This document shows, in pieces, positions 43,355 to 51,801 of a DNA stretch of 64,000 nt. The notes below the pieces were generated by a model. That model saw only the letters and a list, made by a program, of their open reading frames with translations. It did no database searches and was not told the origin of the DNA. Position numbers and translations under genes: made by a program. Position 1 is the stretch's first letter, and each line of letters begins with the position of its first letter. The stretch covers positions 1,396-65,395 of the IMG/VR virus record IMGVR_UViG_3300010401_000006; one strand, 5' to 3'. This DNA comes from a virus.

Positions 43355-44025
43355 CGGCTTCGGCGCGCGGTCTCTTTCGGGCGACGGGCAAGAAATCCAA
43401 GCCAGTGGCTACGCGGCTGCTGGACGGCTCCTACGCAAAGACCGATTCGCTCGAACGCGAGCGGGATGATTTCTACCCGACGCCGCCAGAGCCGACGCGG
43501 GCTTTCCTTCATGCTGAAATCGAGCGCCTGCGGGATTTCGTCACGATCTGGGAGCCTGCCTGCGGTGACGGTGCCATGGGGCGCGAGATCGAGGCAGTTG
43601 GGATCGATGTGTTCTATTCGGATCTCGTCGACCGCGGGTGCCGCGCACTGATCCAGGATTTCTACGAGTTCAAAAAGTTCTGCCGTCCCTCGCGAGCTAT
43701 TGTGACGAATCCGCCGTTCGATCAAGTCGGATGGGGCAACGGCAAAGCGAAGTGGCTCTATCACGCCTTGGACGAACTCGCCGTCGATTATATGGCGCTG
43801 CTGCTGAACTGGACGTTTCCCGGCGCTGGCGGGCTTGCGCCGTTCTGGGCAAAGTATCCGCCTGCCCGCGTCTATCTCATGCGCTGGAAAATCGATTTCA
43901 CGGGCCAGGGCGCACCGCCGATGCTCAACGGCTGGTTCGTCTGGGACAAGCAGCACACCGGAGAAACGGTCCTGCGGATGCTCGACAGGAAGGACGCGCG
44001 GCAAGCGGAGATGTTCGCACCATGA
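43351..44025 (+). CDS. Amino-(N6A/N4C) DNA methyltransferase-like
   Basis: DDFYPTP; WEPACGDGAM; IVTNPPF. Confidence 0.8.
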   Translation: MTASARGLFRATGKKSKPVATRLLDGSYAKTDSLERERDDFYPTPPEPTRAFLHAEIERLRDFVTIWEPACGDGAMGREIEAVGIDVFYSDLVDRGCRALIQDFYEFKKFCRPSRAIVTNPPFDQVGWGNGKAKWLYHALDELAVDYMALLLNWTFPGAGGLAPFWAKYPPARVYLMRWKIDFTGQGAPPMLNGWFVWDKQHTGETVLRMLDRKDARQAEMFAP

Positions 44026-45476
44026 CCTCCCAACTCCCATTCTCCATCGAATGCGAACAGGCGATTCTTGGGAGCCTCATCTTCGACAACCGCAAGATTG
44101 ACGCCGCAGCGGCTGATCTCGAGCGAGACGACTTCTACGACCCGATGCACCGGCGGATATTCGCCGCAATCATCGCCATGCACGGGGACGGCACGGTTAC
44201 GCCCCTGCGGCTCTGGGCGACGATGCAGGGCGATCCTGGGCTGTCCGAGGTCGGGGGCCATGCCTACATCGTCGGGCTTGCGCAGTCGGCGCCGGCGATT
44301 GTCGACATTGCCGGGCTGACCAAGACCCTGCGCGAATTCGCGCTCCGGCGGGCGCTTGTGGACATCGCGGACGAACTTTCCGAGCGGGCGTGTGCATCGC
44401 CTCCCGCGCCCGCACAGGGCCTTGCAGACGCCGCTACCGAGGCGCTGCTAAGCCTTGGCACCGCCGCGCGCGCCGCGCCCCTGAGCCCGTTTGAGGCCGC
44501 TATGGCGAGCCTGAGGGATTGCGAGGACATGGCGGCGGGGAAACCTGTGCCGCTGGTCCGGACGGGCCTGGCGCAGCTCGACGAGGAACTGGGGGGCCTT
44601 CGGGGCGGCGATCTCGTGGTCGTGGCCGCGCGCAGCGGCCAAGGAAAGAGCGCCTTCATGGGCTGCGTGTCCCTCAATACCGCCCGCGCTCACGTGCCCA
44701 CGATTGTTTTCTCGCTCGAGATGACGGCCCGGCAATGGGTCGAACGCATGGTCTGCGACATCGACTTCGGCGGGGTGTACGGCGGCCCCGAGAAGCCGCT
44801 TTGGTATTCCCGTGTGCGAAATGGTCGCATGAACGCGGACGAATTCTCCCGCTTCGGAACAGCGGCGCAGGAACTGCACGGCCTGCCGCTCGAGATACAC
44901 GACGACGATTACCTGACAATCCAGCAGATCACGGCCCGCGCCCGCGCCTTCAAGGCGAAGCACGGCGGCCAGATGGGGCTTGTGGTGCTGGATTACTTGC
45001 AAATAACGAACCCGGGGGAAGGCTCAGACCGCAACCGCGAGCAGGCCGTGGCCTCGATCGCGCGCGGGGCGAAGTCGCTGGCGAAGCGGCTCGGCTGGGC
45101 GGTCGTGGCCGGTTCCCAAATGAATGAGGGCAGCGAGCAGCGGACCAAGGAAGAGCGCAAGCCCCAGGCCGGTGACGTGCGCGAATCGAAGGCCATCATG
45201 AACGAGGCCGATTTGATCCTGTCGCCCTACCGGCTGGCCTATTACGTCGAGAATAGGAAGCCGCTGGGCGAAGCGGCCGGAGACGCGGCCTGGGCCTCGT
45301 GGAAGGCCGAAATGGACGCCTGCCGGCACCGGATGGACCTACTGTGCCTGAAGAACCGACACGGGCGGCGGTTTGAGATCGAGCTCTACTGCGACATGGG
45401 GGCAAGTGCGATCCGGGACAGCGCGCCAGTGCGGACGGCTGCGGATGCGGCCGCGCGCGAATTGGCGCTCTCTTGA
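44022..45476 (+). CDS. dnaB: Replicative DnaB-like helicase
   Basis: ECEQAILGSL; GDLVVVAARSGQGKSAF; FSLEM; VVLDYLQ; SQMN; DVRESKAI..EAD. Confidence 0.93.
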   Translation: MTSQLPFSIECEQAILGSLIFDNRKIDAAAADLERDDFYDPMHRRIFAAIIAMHGDGTVTPLRLWATMQGDPGLSEVGGHAYIVGLAQSAPAIVDIAGLTKTLREFALRRALVDIADELSERACASPPAPAQGLADAATEALLSLGTAARAAPLSPFEAAMASLRDCEDMAAGKPVPLVRTGLAQLDEELGGLRGGDLVVVAARSGQGKSAFMGCVSLNTARAHVPTIVFSLEMTARQWVERMVCDIDFGGVYGGPEKPLWYSRVRNGRMNADEFSRFGTAAQELHGLPLEIHDDDYLTIQQITARARAFKAKHGGQMGLVVLDYLQITNPGEGSDRNREQAVASIARGAKSLAKRLGWAVVAGSQMNEGSEQRTKEERKPQAGDVRESKAIMNEADLILSPYRLAYYVENRKPLGEAAGDAAWASWKAEMDACRHRMDLLCLKNRHGRRFEIELYCDMGASAIRDSAPVRTAADAAARELALS

Positions 45477-45600
45477 CACGCGGATCACTCTTCGGGAAAT
45501 GTGCGCGTGTCACGCGACGGTGTGACGGCGTAAGGGACTTGGCCGAGTTCGATGCAACTGCTCGTTCTCGGCTCGGCCGGTTCTTTAAGAACGAGCAGGG
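45476..45600 (+). promoter_or_regulatory. Structured leader: UUCG hairpin, second hairpin and H-type pseudoknot
   Basis: ACACGCG/CGCGTGT; GGCCGAG 45541-45547 with CTCGGCC 45572-45578; CTGCTCGTTCT 45558-45568 with AGAACGAGCAG 45588-45598. Confidence 0.5.
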
Positions 45601-45605
45601 GCACC

Positions 45606-45926
45606 ATGTCGCTTTCAGACGATGACGCCGATTTTTATCCCGACTATGACGGGTACAACGACGAGTGCGAGCACGTCGAATACGAGGTTGATTTTGATGG
45701 TCGCGCGCATTGTGATCGCTGCAGCCATTCTTGGTGGCTGAGCGCCCAAGAATTACAGCATCACCTTGAGCGTGAGGCAGAATTTTCCGGCCAATACGAT
45801 GCAATGCTCGCGCGAGAAGACAATTTCTGGCTGCAGCTATGGGACAGGATTAAGGGCCGTTGGTGGGCGTTCCGCCATCTGCGCCAGCGCCACATCATCA
45901 CCACTGACGACGGGATACCATTCTGA
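45606..45926 (+). CDS. Acidic Zn-finger protein ending in DDGIPF
   Basis: CEH...CDRC; SSB-like C-terminal tail. Confidence 0.6.
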   Translation: MSLSDDDADFYPDYDGYNDECEHVEYEVDFDGRAHCDRCSHSWWLSAQELQHHLEREAEFSGQYDAMLAREDNFWLQLWDRIKGRWWAFRHLRQRHIITTDDGIPF

Positions 45927-45929
45927 TGG

Positions 45930-46449
45930 TGTCCCAAGCTTTCACCGCCTGCCCATCCCGCCCGGCCTCGCGCCGATTGAGCGGAACGACAGGCCTGAAA
46001 GCACATCGGCCGCCCATCTTTGGAGAGACAAGCGGCCGAGTTGTGTGCGTTGCGAACGGTGTTCTTGGGAGCCCTGGAAGGCATCCCGCCTATACCGCAT
46101 CTTGCGGTGCCGTTCAACCGCGGACGCAATCCGATGTGTCCCCAACGGGCCGGCCCGTCCCTTCACAGGCCAAAAAACGCTGGCTCTGCCCACCACGGCA
46201 CCCAGCGGCCCATACGGAGCGCCCGCGAGGGTGTTTTGATGGTCTGGTGACGGCAGGAAATCCCGAAGTCCGTAGCCGCGTAGGGATTTCCGAGAGGGCA
46301 GCCATAACAATGCTTTCGGGCGGACACCCTTAAGGACAGGGGTGGGTTTTGTTGCCCGCTGGCCGGGTGACAGGACCAAGAACGAGTACGCGAGGGGTCA
46401 GACCCTTTGGGCATCGGCGCCCACCGCCATACTCCGGCGGGCGGAAAGT
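45930..46449 (+). ncRNA. Candidate large structured non-coding RNA
   Basis: No convincing ORF; at least ten stems including long-range 45938-45953/46436-46449, 45970-45977/46413-46420, 46061-46068/46376-46383. Confidence 0.5.
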
Positions 46450-46798
46450 GGTGAGCTATGGAGGAAGACTTGTGAGGGTCACGGCAGCAACAGCAAAGGG
46501 GTTAGGCCCCGGAAGCCATCCCCGCCAAAAACCAGAAACTGGTACGAAAAGCCGCGCTCTGTACGACGCTTTCGTGGAAGCTCCTGGCATCCCGATCTTG
46601 GTTAGGCCGATCCGTGATTCGCTCGGCGTTAATGCATCAAGCTTCGGACATATGATGCGGGCGCTCGTCGACTTCTACGAACTGGACCTTCGGCGCATCC
46701 GCAACGGATTGTGGGTTCTTGCGGGTCGTTGGGATGGTCCGAAATACACAGATTTCATTGCGCCAATCGTCAAGCATGGGAAGCGAGCGCGGACATGA
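46448..46798 (+). CDS. Putative DNA-binding protein
   Basis: GTG start; winged-HTH-like C-half; start uncertain. Confidence 0.5.
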   Translation: MVSYGGRLVRVTAATAKGLGPGSHPRQKPETGTKSRALYDAFVEAPGIPILVRPIRDSLGVNASSFGHMMRALVDFYELDLRRIRNGLWVLAGRWDGPKYTDFIAPIVKHGKRART

Positions 46799-47373
46799 CA
46801 GACGAAGAATTCCTACAAAACATCACTGGCCTCGAAGAGATGGGCGACATTCAAGCCCGCAACACAGTCATAAAAAATAACGGAGGCATGAAGCGGCTGA
46901 TCGCCTTGGCAGCGAAAGCCGTTCTGAAAGAGAAGCGGATTGCGAAAAAGCGCGAGCCCGCATTCATCCCCGATAACTTTCCAGATCCAGCCGCGAAAGA
47001 ACGCGCCGTCGCATGGTGGAGCGGACAACGGCGTCCCGATCTCGTCGCCGCGGTCGAACAGCAGGCCGAAGAATTCCGCCACCGCAATCTCGACGAACAA
47101 ACATCATCTTGGGGCGGAAAATGGAAGACGTGGTACATGAACGCCGTCCACTTCACGAAGCCGCCGCGATTTGCTGATGTCGTCGAGTTCGTCGCGCCAA
47201 GTACATGGCTTGCCCGCCTGAAGGTCTATCATGGCCTCACCGACGCGCCGGCGCGCACATGGAATCCACAATGGGGCCCGGAGCCAGGATCACCCGGATC
47301 GCGCGTCCCACCAGAAGTCACACGCCAACTCGCAAACCTGAAAGGAAACGGCCATGCCCAAACCTCTCCATGA
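46795..47373 (+). CDS. Replication-associated protein (DnaT-like C-terminal motif)
   Basis: AEEFR......W..KW.TW..NA. Confidence 0.5.
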   Translation: MTDEEFLQNITGLEEMGDIQARNTVIKNNGGMKRLIALAAKAVLKEKRIAKKREPAFIPDNFPDPAAKERAVAWWSGQRRPDLVAAVEQQAEEFRHRNLDEQTSSWGGKWKTWYMNAVHFTKPPRFADVVEFVAPSTWLARLKVYHGLTDAPARTWNPQWGPEPGSPGSRVPPEVTRQLANLKGNGHAQTSP

Positions 47374-47515
47374 CGCCCTGAACAAGCTTGCGGCGCGAAT
47401 CGGCCGGCGCAGCGTGGAGGAGGTGATGGCCGGAAATGGGCGCCAGCGGTTGCGCCAGGGCCAGGAAAGGCCAAATCAGGCCGGCGCCGGCCTGCCCTAC
47501 TGGCTGAAAAACTGA
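47354..47515 (+). CDS. Hypothetical 53-aa protein
   Basis: AAAGGA RBS. Confidence 0.4.
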   Translation: MPKPLHDALNKLAARIGRRSVEEVMAGNGRQRLRQGQERPNQAGAGLPYWLKN

Positions 47516-47527
47516 CTGTCGCACCCC

Positions 47528-47556
47528 TTGCAATCTTACACCCCGAAGCGCATATT
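47528..47556 (+). promoter_or_regulatory. Putative promoter containing TTGCAATCTTACAC motif
   Basis: TTGCAA 47528-47533, CATATT 47551-47556; 14-mer identical at 60316-60329. Confidence 0.55.
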
Positions 47557-47612
47557 CTGATCACACAGCGGCTTTGCCGCGCTCAAAACGCCCCGAGGGG
47601 CAGGAGAAAAAA

Positions 47613-47951
47613 ATGTCCAAGACCGCCACAAAAGAAGAGAGGGCCCACTTTGACGAGTTGGCCCAAGAAGAAGCCCGCTACGAATTGTGGCTGATGGGCG
47701 ACGGCCCGGATAAGGCAACGAAGGCAAACAAAGACCTCGCCTATGCCTATCTTGCCAAACACATGAACGGCTGGCGCACTCTGTCGCACGACATGGTTCG
47801 AGATGGTGACATTCACGTTCTCGAAGCGGTTGTTCGGCTCGGCGATCAGGTTCGTCTCATTCGCTGGACACACTTCAACAAGGGCTTCATGACCAACCAC
47901 AACTCGCTCGGGTGGGTTATCTTCGACCCGACGAAATTGGAGCGCATTTAA
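47613..47951 (+). CDS. Hypothetical protein
   Basis: CAGGAG RBS. Confidence 0.7.
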   Translation: MSKTATKEERAHFDELAQEEARYELWLMGDGPDKATKANKDLAYAYLAKHMNGWRTLSHDMVRDGDIHVLEAVVRLGDQVRLIRWTHFNKGFMTNHNSLGWVIFDPTKLERI

Positions 47952-48179
47952 ATGCTCAATCCATCCCAACTCCGCAGCCTCCGCACCGATCATCTCGATT
48001 GGTCAGCAGGCGTCATGTGCGACGAGTTGGGATGGACTGGCAAGAACGCCACGTCGCACCTCATCGACATGGAGACAGGGCGGAAAGAGATCAATATGGC
48101 GACGGCAAAACACGCGCTGCGCATAGCTCGCGAGCAAGGCTTCGAGTTGCGCGACGGAAACTGGCAGAGGACAGGATAA
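47952..48179 (+). CDS. XRE-family HTH regulator
   Basis: QLRSLR....W....CDELG......L..METGRKEI. Confidence 0.7.
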   Translation: MLNPSQLRSLRTDHLDWSAGVMCDELGWTGKNATSHLIDMETGRKEINMATAKHALRIAREQGFELRDGNWQRTG

Positions 48180-48361
48180 TGAACGACAGCAATCTTAATC
48201 TCAGGCAGGCCGCAGCGCAGAAGGTCGAAGAAATGATGCGCAATATGTTGATGAGCTACGCGCCGGCAGAGAATATGAGGGTCTGTGATGTTCTTTTCAT
48301 CGCGCGTCATGCGAGTGCCGTTTCTTTCGACGCCTTCGACCCGAAAAATGTGTCGCCATGA
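48179..48361 (+). CDS. Hypothetical protein
   Basis: TAATG coupling. Confidence 0.45.
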   Translation: MNDSNLNLRQAAAQKVEEMMRNMLMSYAPAENMRVCDVLFIARHASAVSFDAFDPKNVSP

Positions 48362-48576
48362 GCAGCGCGCCCTTCACGGATGGGGTGGGCGGGACAAAGC
48401 CCGGTGCGCGCGAGCGTTTTTCGAAGGTTGTCTGCCTGAACATAGACCAGCTTGGCGACGCGGCCCGGCGTTCGAACGGCGATCAGCAATGTGTCGATCA
48501 GTACCTCGATATGTTCTGGATGTTTTCCGAGCGCGGTGCTGGCCGTAGCGGTCTTGAGCCTCGGGTGCGGCCATGA
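48358..48576 (+). CDS. Hypothetical protein
   Basis: ATGA coupling. Confidence 0.5.
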   Translation: MSSAPFTDGVGGTKPGARERFSKVVCLNIDQLGDAARRSNGDQQCVDQYLDMFWMFSERGAGRSGLEPRVRP

Positions 48577-48772
48577 GCGAGCGGACCGTATCGAAGCCTA
48601 AGCTTACCGCCGCGATGCGAACGCAGCTTAGGCGCGCAAAGACTGCAGCACAGACAAAATATGGTTTTGGCGGATCGCTCAAGAAGAAGCAGCTGAAGCC
48701 GATCACGCTACGCAATTTCGAGAAGTCCGCCACATGACCAAGCAACTGAGCCGCACGGATGGGGTGGGCGGG
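48375..48772 (+). repeat. 19-bp direct repeat CACGGATGGGGTGGGCGGG (48375-48393, 48754-48772)
   Basis: Exact match near the 5' ends of two ORFs. Confidence 0.8.
48573..48737 (+). CDS. Small basic protein
   Basis: Coupled at both ends. Confidence 0.5.
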   Translation: MSERTVSKPKLTAAMRTQLRRAKTAAQTKYGFGGSLKKKQLKPITLRNFEKSAT

Positions 48773-49054
48773 GGCGTGGGGCATACGCCGGGGCCTTGGC
48801 GCGCAGTTGTGCGAAGCAACCAGAAAGGCATTCGAAATGTAGCCGTCGATCTTCCGCCGCGCGGTGCATGGTTCCCGAGCGCGACAGCAGCGTTCACCAA
48901 AGAGGATGTTGCCAACGCCCGCCTGATCGCCGCCGCTCCTGACCTTCTCGCTGCTTGCAAGACTGCGCTCCGCCACCTCTGCGATACGGACGCTTGCCAC
49001 GAAGGCAAGCTCGTCCGCGCCGCCATCGCCAAAGCGGAAGGCCGCACGCCATGA
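48734..49054 (+). CDS. Phage protein (HTPGPW...ANARLIAAAPDLL)
   Basis: Widespread phage motif. Confidence 0.75.
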   Translation: MTKQLSRTDGVGGGVGHTPGPWRAVVRSNQKGIRNVAVDLPPRGAWFPSATAAFTKEDVANARLIAAAPDLLAACKTALRHLCDTDACHEGKLVRAAIAKAEGRTP

Positions 49055-49260
49055 GTCGCAACGCTGCCTTGAAATTGCATTCTGCGCGCGGCTCGGAATT
49101 GCACGAGATTTTATCGGCCATCGAAGCGCTCGAACAGCGCTGCCATCGCGCCGGTATGATCGTGACGGCGCGCGGCCTGAACAACGCCAAGAATGCAGCG
49201 GGCTGGGAAGCGGCGGGCAACCTCGTCCGCGCAGGCAAAGCAACTCGCGGGGAGCGCTGA
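49051..49260 (+). CDS. Hypothetical protein
   Basis: Coupled. Confidence 0.55.
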   Translation: MSRNAALKLHSARGSELHEILSAIEALEQRCHRAGMIVTARGLNNAKNAAGWEAAGNLVRAGKATRGER

Positions 49261-49263
49261 GCC

Positions 49264-49683
49264 ATGACCCTTCCTTCCTTGATAGCGCGGCTGGAGGAGA
49301 TAGAGGGGCGGGCTAATGCGGCGACGCCGGGACCGTGGAAGTTCAATGACAACGGCGTGGTGACGGCCGATGCGGTCGGCAAGATCGTCTGCTGCTTCGT
49401 CATGGACTTTGCGCGCATTCCCGACGGCGAAGATTGGCAATTTCTCGAACACGCCCGCACCGACATTCCTTTCCTGACCACCGCCCTACGCGATGCACTG
49501 GGGCGGGAGAAGGCGTTGCGCGAGGTGTTGGAAGCGATAAAGCGGTTCGGCGAGCTCGCCAACGTTTCGACAGAGCAAGGACACGTAGCACCGAGCGGCA
49601 AGAAGCCGGGATCGAAAGATGTGTGGCAATTCCCGCGACACATGCTTGTCGAAATCGACGCCGCTCTGGAGTCCCGGCCATGA
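49264..49683 (+). CDS. Ead/Ea22-like protein
   Basis: RANAATPGPW...F..HARTDIP.L. Confidence 0.7.
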   Translation: MTLPSLIARLEEIEGRANAATPGPWKFNDNGVVTADAVGKIVCCFVMDFARIPDGEDWQFLEHARTDIPFLTTALRDALGREKALREVLEAIKRFGELANVSTEQGHVAPSGKKPGSKDVWQFPRHMLVEIDAALESRP

Positions 49684-49853
49684 GTGACACACCGAAGCCG
49701 AAATCACGCGAGCGGTTCTGCTGGGTTTGCGGTGACAGCATGGGCCCGATCGAAGATCGCTATTTCGACCGCCTCGATACCTGCGGCAAGCGCGACTGCG
49801 AACGTGAAGCGCGAGACGTAGCGCAGAATCAAAACCCGGAATGGAGCGTGTAG
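49680..49853 (+). CDS. Small Zn-finger protein
   Basis: CWVCG...CG..DC. Confidence 0.6.
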   Translation: MSDTPKPKSRERFCWVCGDSMGPIEDRYFDRLDTCGKRDCEREARDVAQNQNPEWSV

Positions 49854-49855
49854 CC

Positions 49856-50125
49856 ATGACAAACCATTCCGCATTGATAGCGCGGTCGGGTTGGCGTCAG
49901 ACGCAAAGCGGCGTTTGGCTTCGCTCTGACGGCGTTGAGGTCAACGCCTATGGCGGCGGCAGAAAGCGCCCGTGGCAGGCTATTCGTGGCACTACTGAGT
50001 TTCTCCGCAAGCCTCTCTACGCCGGTTCTGACGTGCTCGGCGGCGTTCGGACCTTTGCGACGGCAGATGCGGCCATAGCAGCAGTCGATGAAGCATGGCC
50101 GCTGAGAACGCTGGCGGTGACGTGA
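49856..50125 (+). CDS. Hypothetical protein
   Basis: GGAG RBS. Confidence 0.55.
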   Translation: MTNHSALIARSGWRQTQSGVWLRSDGVEVNAYGGGRKRPWQAIRGTTEFLRKPLYAGSDVLGGVRTFATADAAIAAVDEAWPLRTLAVT

Positions 50126-50126
50126 C

Positions 50127-50333
50127 ATGGCAGGTTTTGCAATCCGCGTTACACGCAAGGGCTGGCGCAAACCGCGCTACGTGACCAATGCGAATGCGAT
50201 TAGTACCGATCCCTGCCTCATGTGGCGCATTGCGGAGCGCTATGTCGCCGATGCGGTTGCCGCACGGAAGCGCGAAAAGTTCGCCGGTACAAAACAGGCT
50301 GACATGGTTTTCGACGTTGTAGAGGTGCGCTAA
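50127..50333 (+). CDS. Hypothetical protein
   Basis: Operon position. Confidence 0.55.
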   Translation: MAGFAIRVTRKGWRKPRYVTNANAISTDPCLMWRIAERYVADAVAARKREKFAGTKQADMVFDVVEVR

Positions 50334-50662
50334 TGCACGAGTATGACGCATTGATAGCGCGGCTGCGTGAGGCTCGGGATCGCGGCGTATTCGATAGCAA
50401 GACTGCGTTCGAGGATTTCGTTCGCGAGGAACGCCGCCTGTTCATTGGAGACGACGCGAATAGCATGACCGAACAAGATTACGTCTGCGAACTCGCGGAA
50501 GACGGATGGCCGGACTACGAAAAGTGGTTGGACATCTGGTGCCGTCTGAATGGCGGCGGCGAGTTGACACCGCGCGAACGCGAACAGGCCGTCGCTTATT
50601 ACGGCACCGAAGACGGCGACGACGTACCAGAACAATACCTTCTCGCCGAGGAATCCCCATGA
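50333..50662 (+). CDS. Acidic hypothetical protein
   Basis: TAATG coupling. Confidence 0.6.
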   Translation: MHEYDALIARLREARDRGVFDSKTAFEDFVREERRLFIGDDANSMTEQDYVCELAEDGWPDYEKWLDIWCRLNGGGELTPREREQAVAYYGTEDGDDVPEQYLLAEESP

Positions 50663-50856
50663 GACCGGATTATTGCCCAGACGATCTTGACGACAGCGTG
50701 GAAGCTCCTTGCCCAGCCTGCGGAGCAACTCCGAGCGGAAATGATCCGGTGCGTGGCGTCTGCCAAGCGCGATTCAACGGGCCAAAACCGAGGCCGCTTG
50801 TAGAGCTTGTTCTTTGCGACAAGGCAACCGGCGAAATCGTAGCGAGGACATCATGA
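50659..50856 (+). CDS. Small Zn-binding protein
   Basis: CPACG...C. Confidence 0.5.
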   Translation: MRPDYCPDDLDDSVEAPCPACGATPSGNDPVRGVCQARFNGPKPRPLVELVLCDKATGEIVARTS

Positions 50857-51329
50857 CCGACACTGCGGAATTAATTACGCGGCTGCGTGAGGCGACGGGG
50901 GCGGATGCACTCGCAGATGTTGCGGTCGAACGCCAGCGTCAGATTGAGCAAGAAGGCTGGAGTGCCGAGCATGACGACGAGCACGGCAACGATGAGTTGG
51001 CGTGTGCTGCTGCCTGTTACGCCATCGCCAGCAAGTTTCCCGGGTATGCCGAGAAGATGTGGCCTTGGGACGAAGAATGGTGGAAGCCAACAGATGACCG
51101 CCGCAACCTTGTAAAGGCCGCAGCCCTCCTCATCGCAGAAATCGAACGTCTCGACCGCATTGATGCCACTGAGGTGCGCATATCCAACGAGAAGAATGCC
51201 CCATTCGAGGGCGGCACCGAGAAATTCGACCAACAAATTCAGCCAATCGTTTCAATAGCAATCAGCCTAAAACGCGTAGCGGACGCCCTTGAAGCACGCG
51301 CAATTCTCGCGGAAGGGGATAAGCCGTGA
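50853..51329 (+). CDS. Conserved phage protein
   Basis: ERQRQIEQEGWS.EHDD.H..ELA.AAACY...WPW..WWKP...RNLVKAAAL. Confidence 0.8.
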   Translation: MTDTAELITRLREATGADALADVAVERQRQIEQEGWSAEHDDEHGNDELACAAACYAIASKFPGYAEKMWPWDEEWWKPTDDRRNLVKAAALLIAEIERLDRIDATEVRISNEKNAPFEGGTEKFDQQIQPIVSIAISLKRVADALEARAILAEGDKP

Positions 51330-51583
51330 CCGCGCGCCCGAACCGTTTCACCATCGACATTCACAGTCCGATAAGTGCTGAGGCTGACTCGACGGATCGC
51401 TCTAGCTGGGTGTCGCTGAAATCGGCCGGCGGCTGCGAGCTAACGATATTCACGAAATCTGCCGAACACGCCGCCCGCATTGCCAGCGCCATCAACGGAG
51501 AGCCTACGCCGCTACCCGCCGACCTTCTCACCCATACACCGAGTGACGCCGAGCGGCGCGCTGGGACGGAGGCGGTGTCGTGA
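51326..51583 (+). CDS. Hypothetical protein
   Basis: GTGA coupling. Confidence 0.55.
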   Translation: MTARPNRFTIDIHSPISAEADSTDRSSWVSLKSAGGCELTIFTKSAEHAARIASAINGEPTPLPADLLTHTPSDAERRAGTEAVS

Positions 51584-51801
51584 GCGAGAACACTTGGCGG
51601 CACAAGGCATTTGTTTTCGCTGTCGGGTTCGCCGTGACTGCGGTGGTGCTTGCCGTTTTGTTTAGCGTCATTGGCGCCCTGCTTTGGGCGGTATTCGAAT
51701 ACCTTCCGCTTCCCTGGGCCTGCGCTGCGATCTTCATCGGCCTTTGCCTGCTGATCACTGCGCGGTTCGTGCGCGAAACCGATTGGGCTCGCAAACCATG
51801 A
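51580..51801 (+). CDS. Two-TM membrane protein
   Basis: Two hydrophobic segments. Confidence 0.55.
   Translation: MSENTWRHKAFVFAVGFAVTAVVLAVLFSVIGALLWAVFEYLPLPWACAAIFIGLCLLITARFVRETDWARKP

Noticed and set aside
46145-46158. Perfect 14-bp palindrome ACGGGCCGGCCCGT as replication origin
   Set aside because: GC-rich, no iterons or AT-rich unwinding element nearby
45926-46379. Protein-coding ORFs on either strand across the structured region
   Set aside because: Arg/Pro/Gly-rich, no RBS or motif; complementarity explains the sequence better
45930-46449. Group I/II intron, RNase P, tmRNA or C4 RNA identity
   Set aside because: Conserved core motifs not found, and the flanking ORFs are not interrupted
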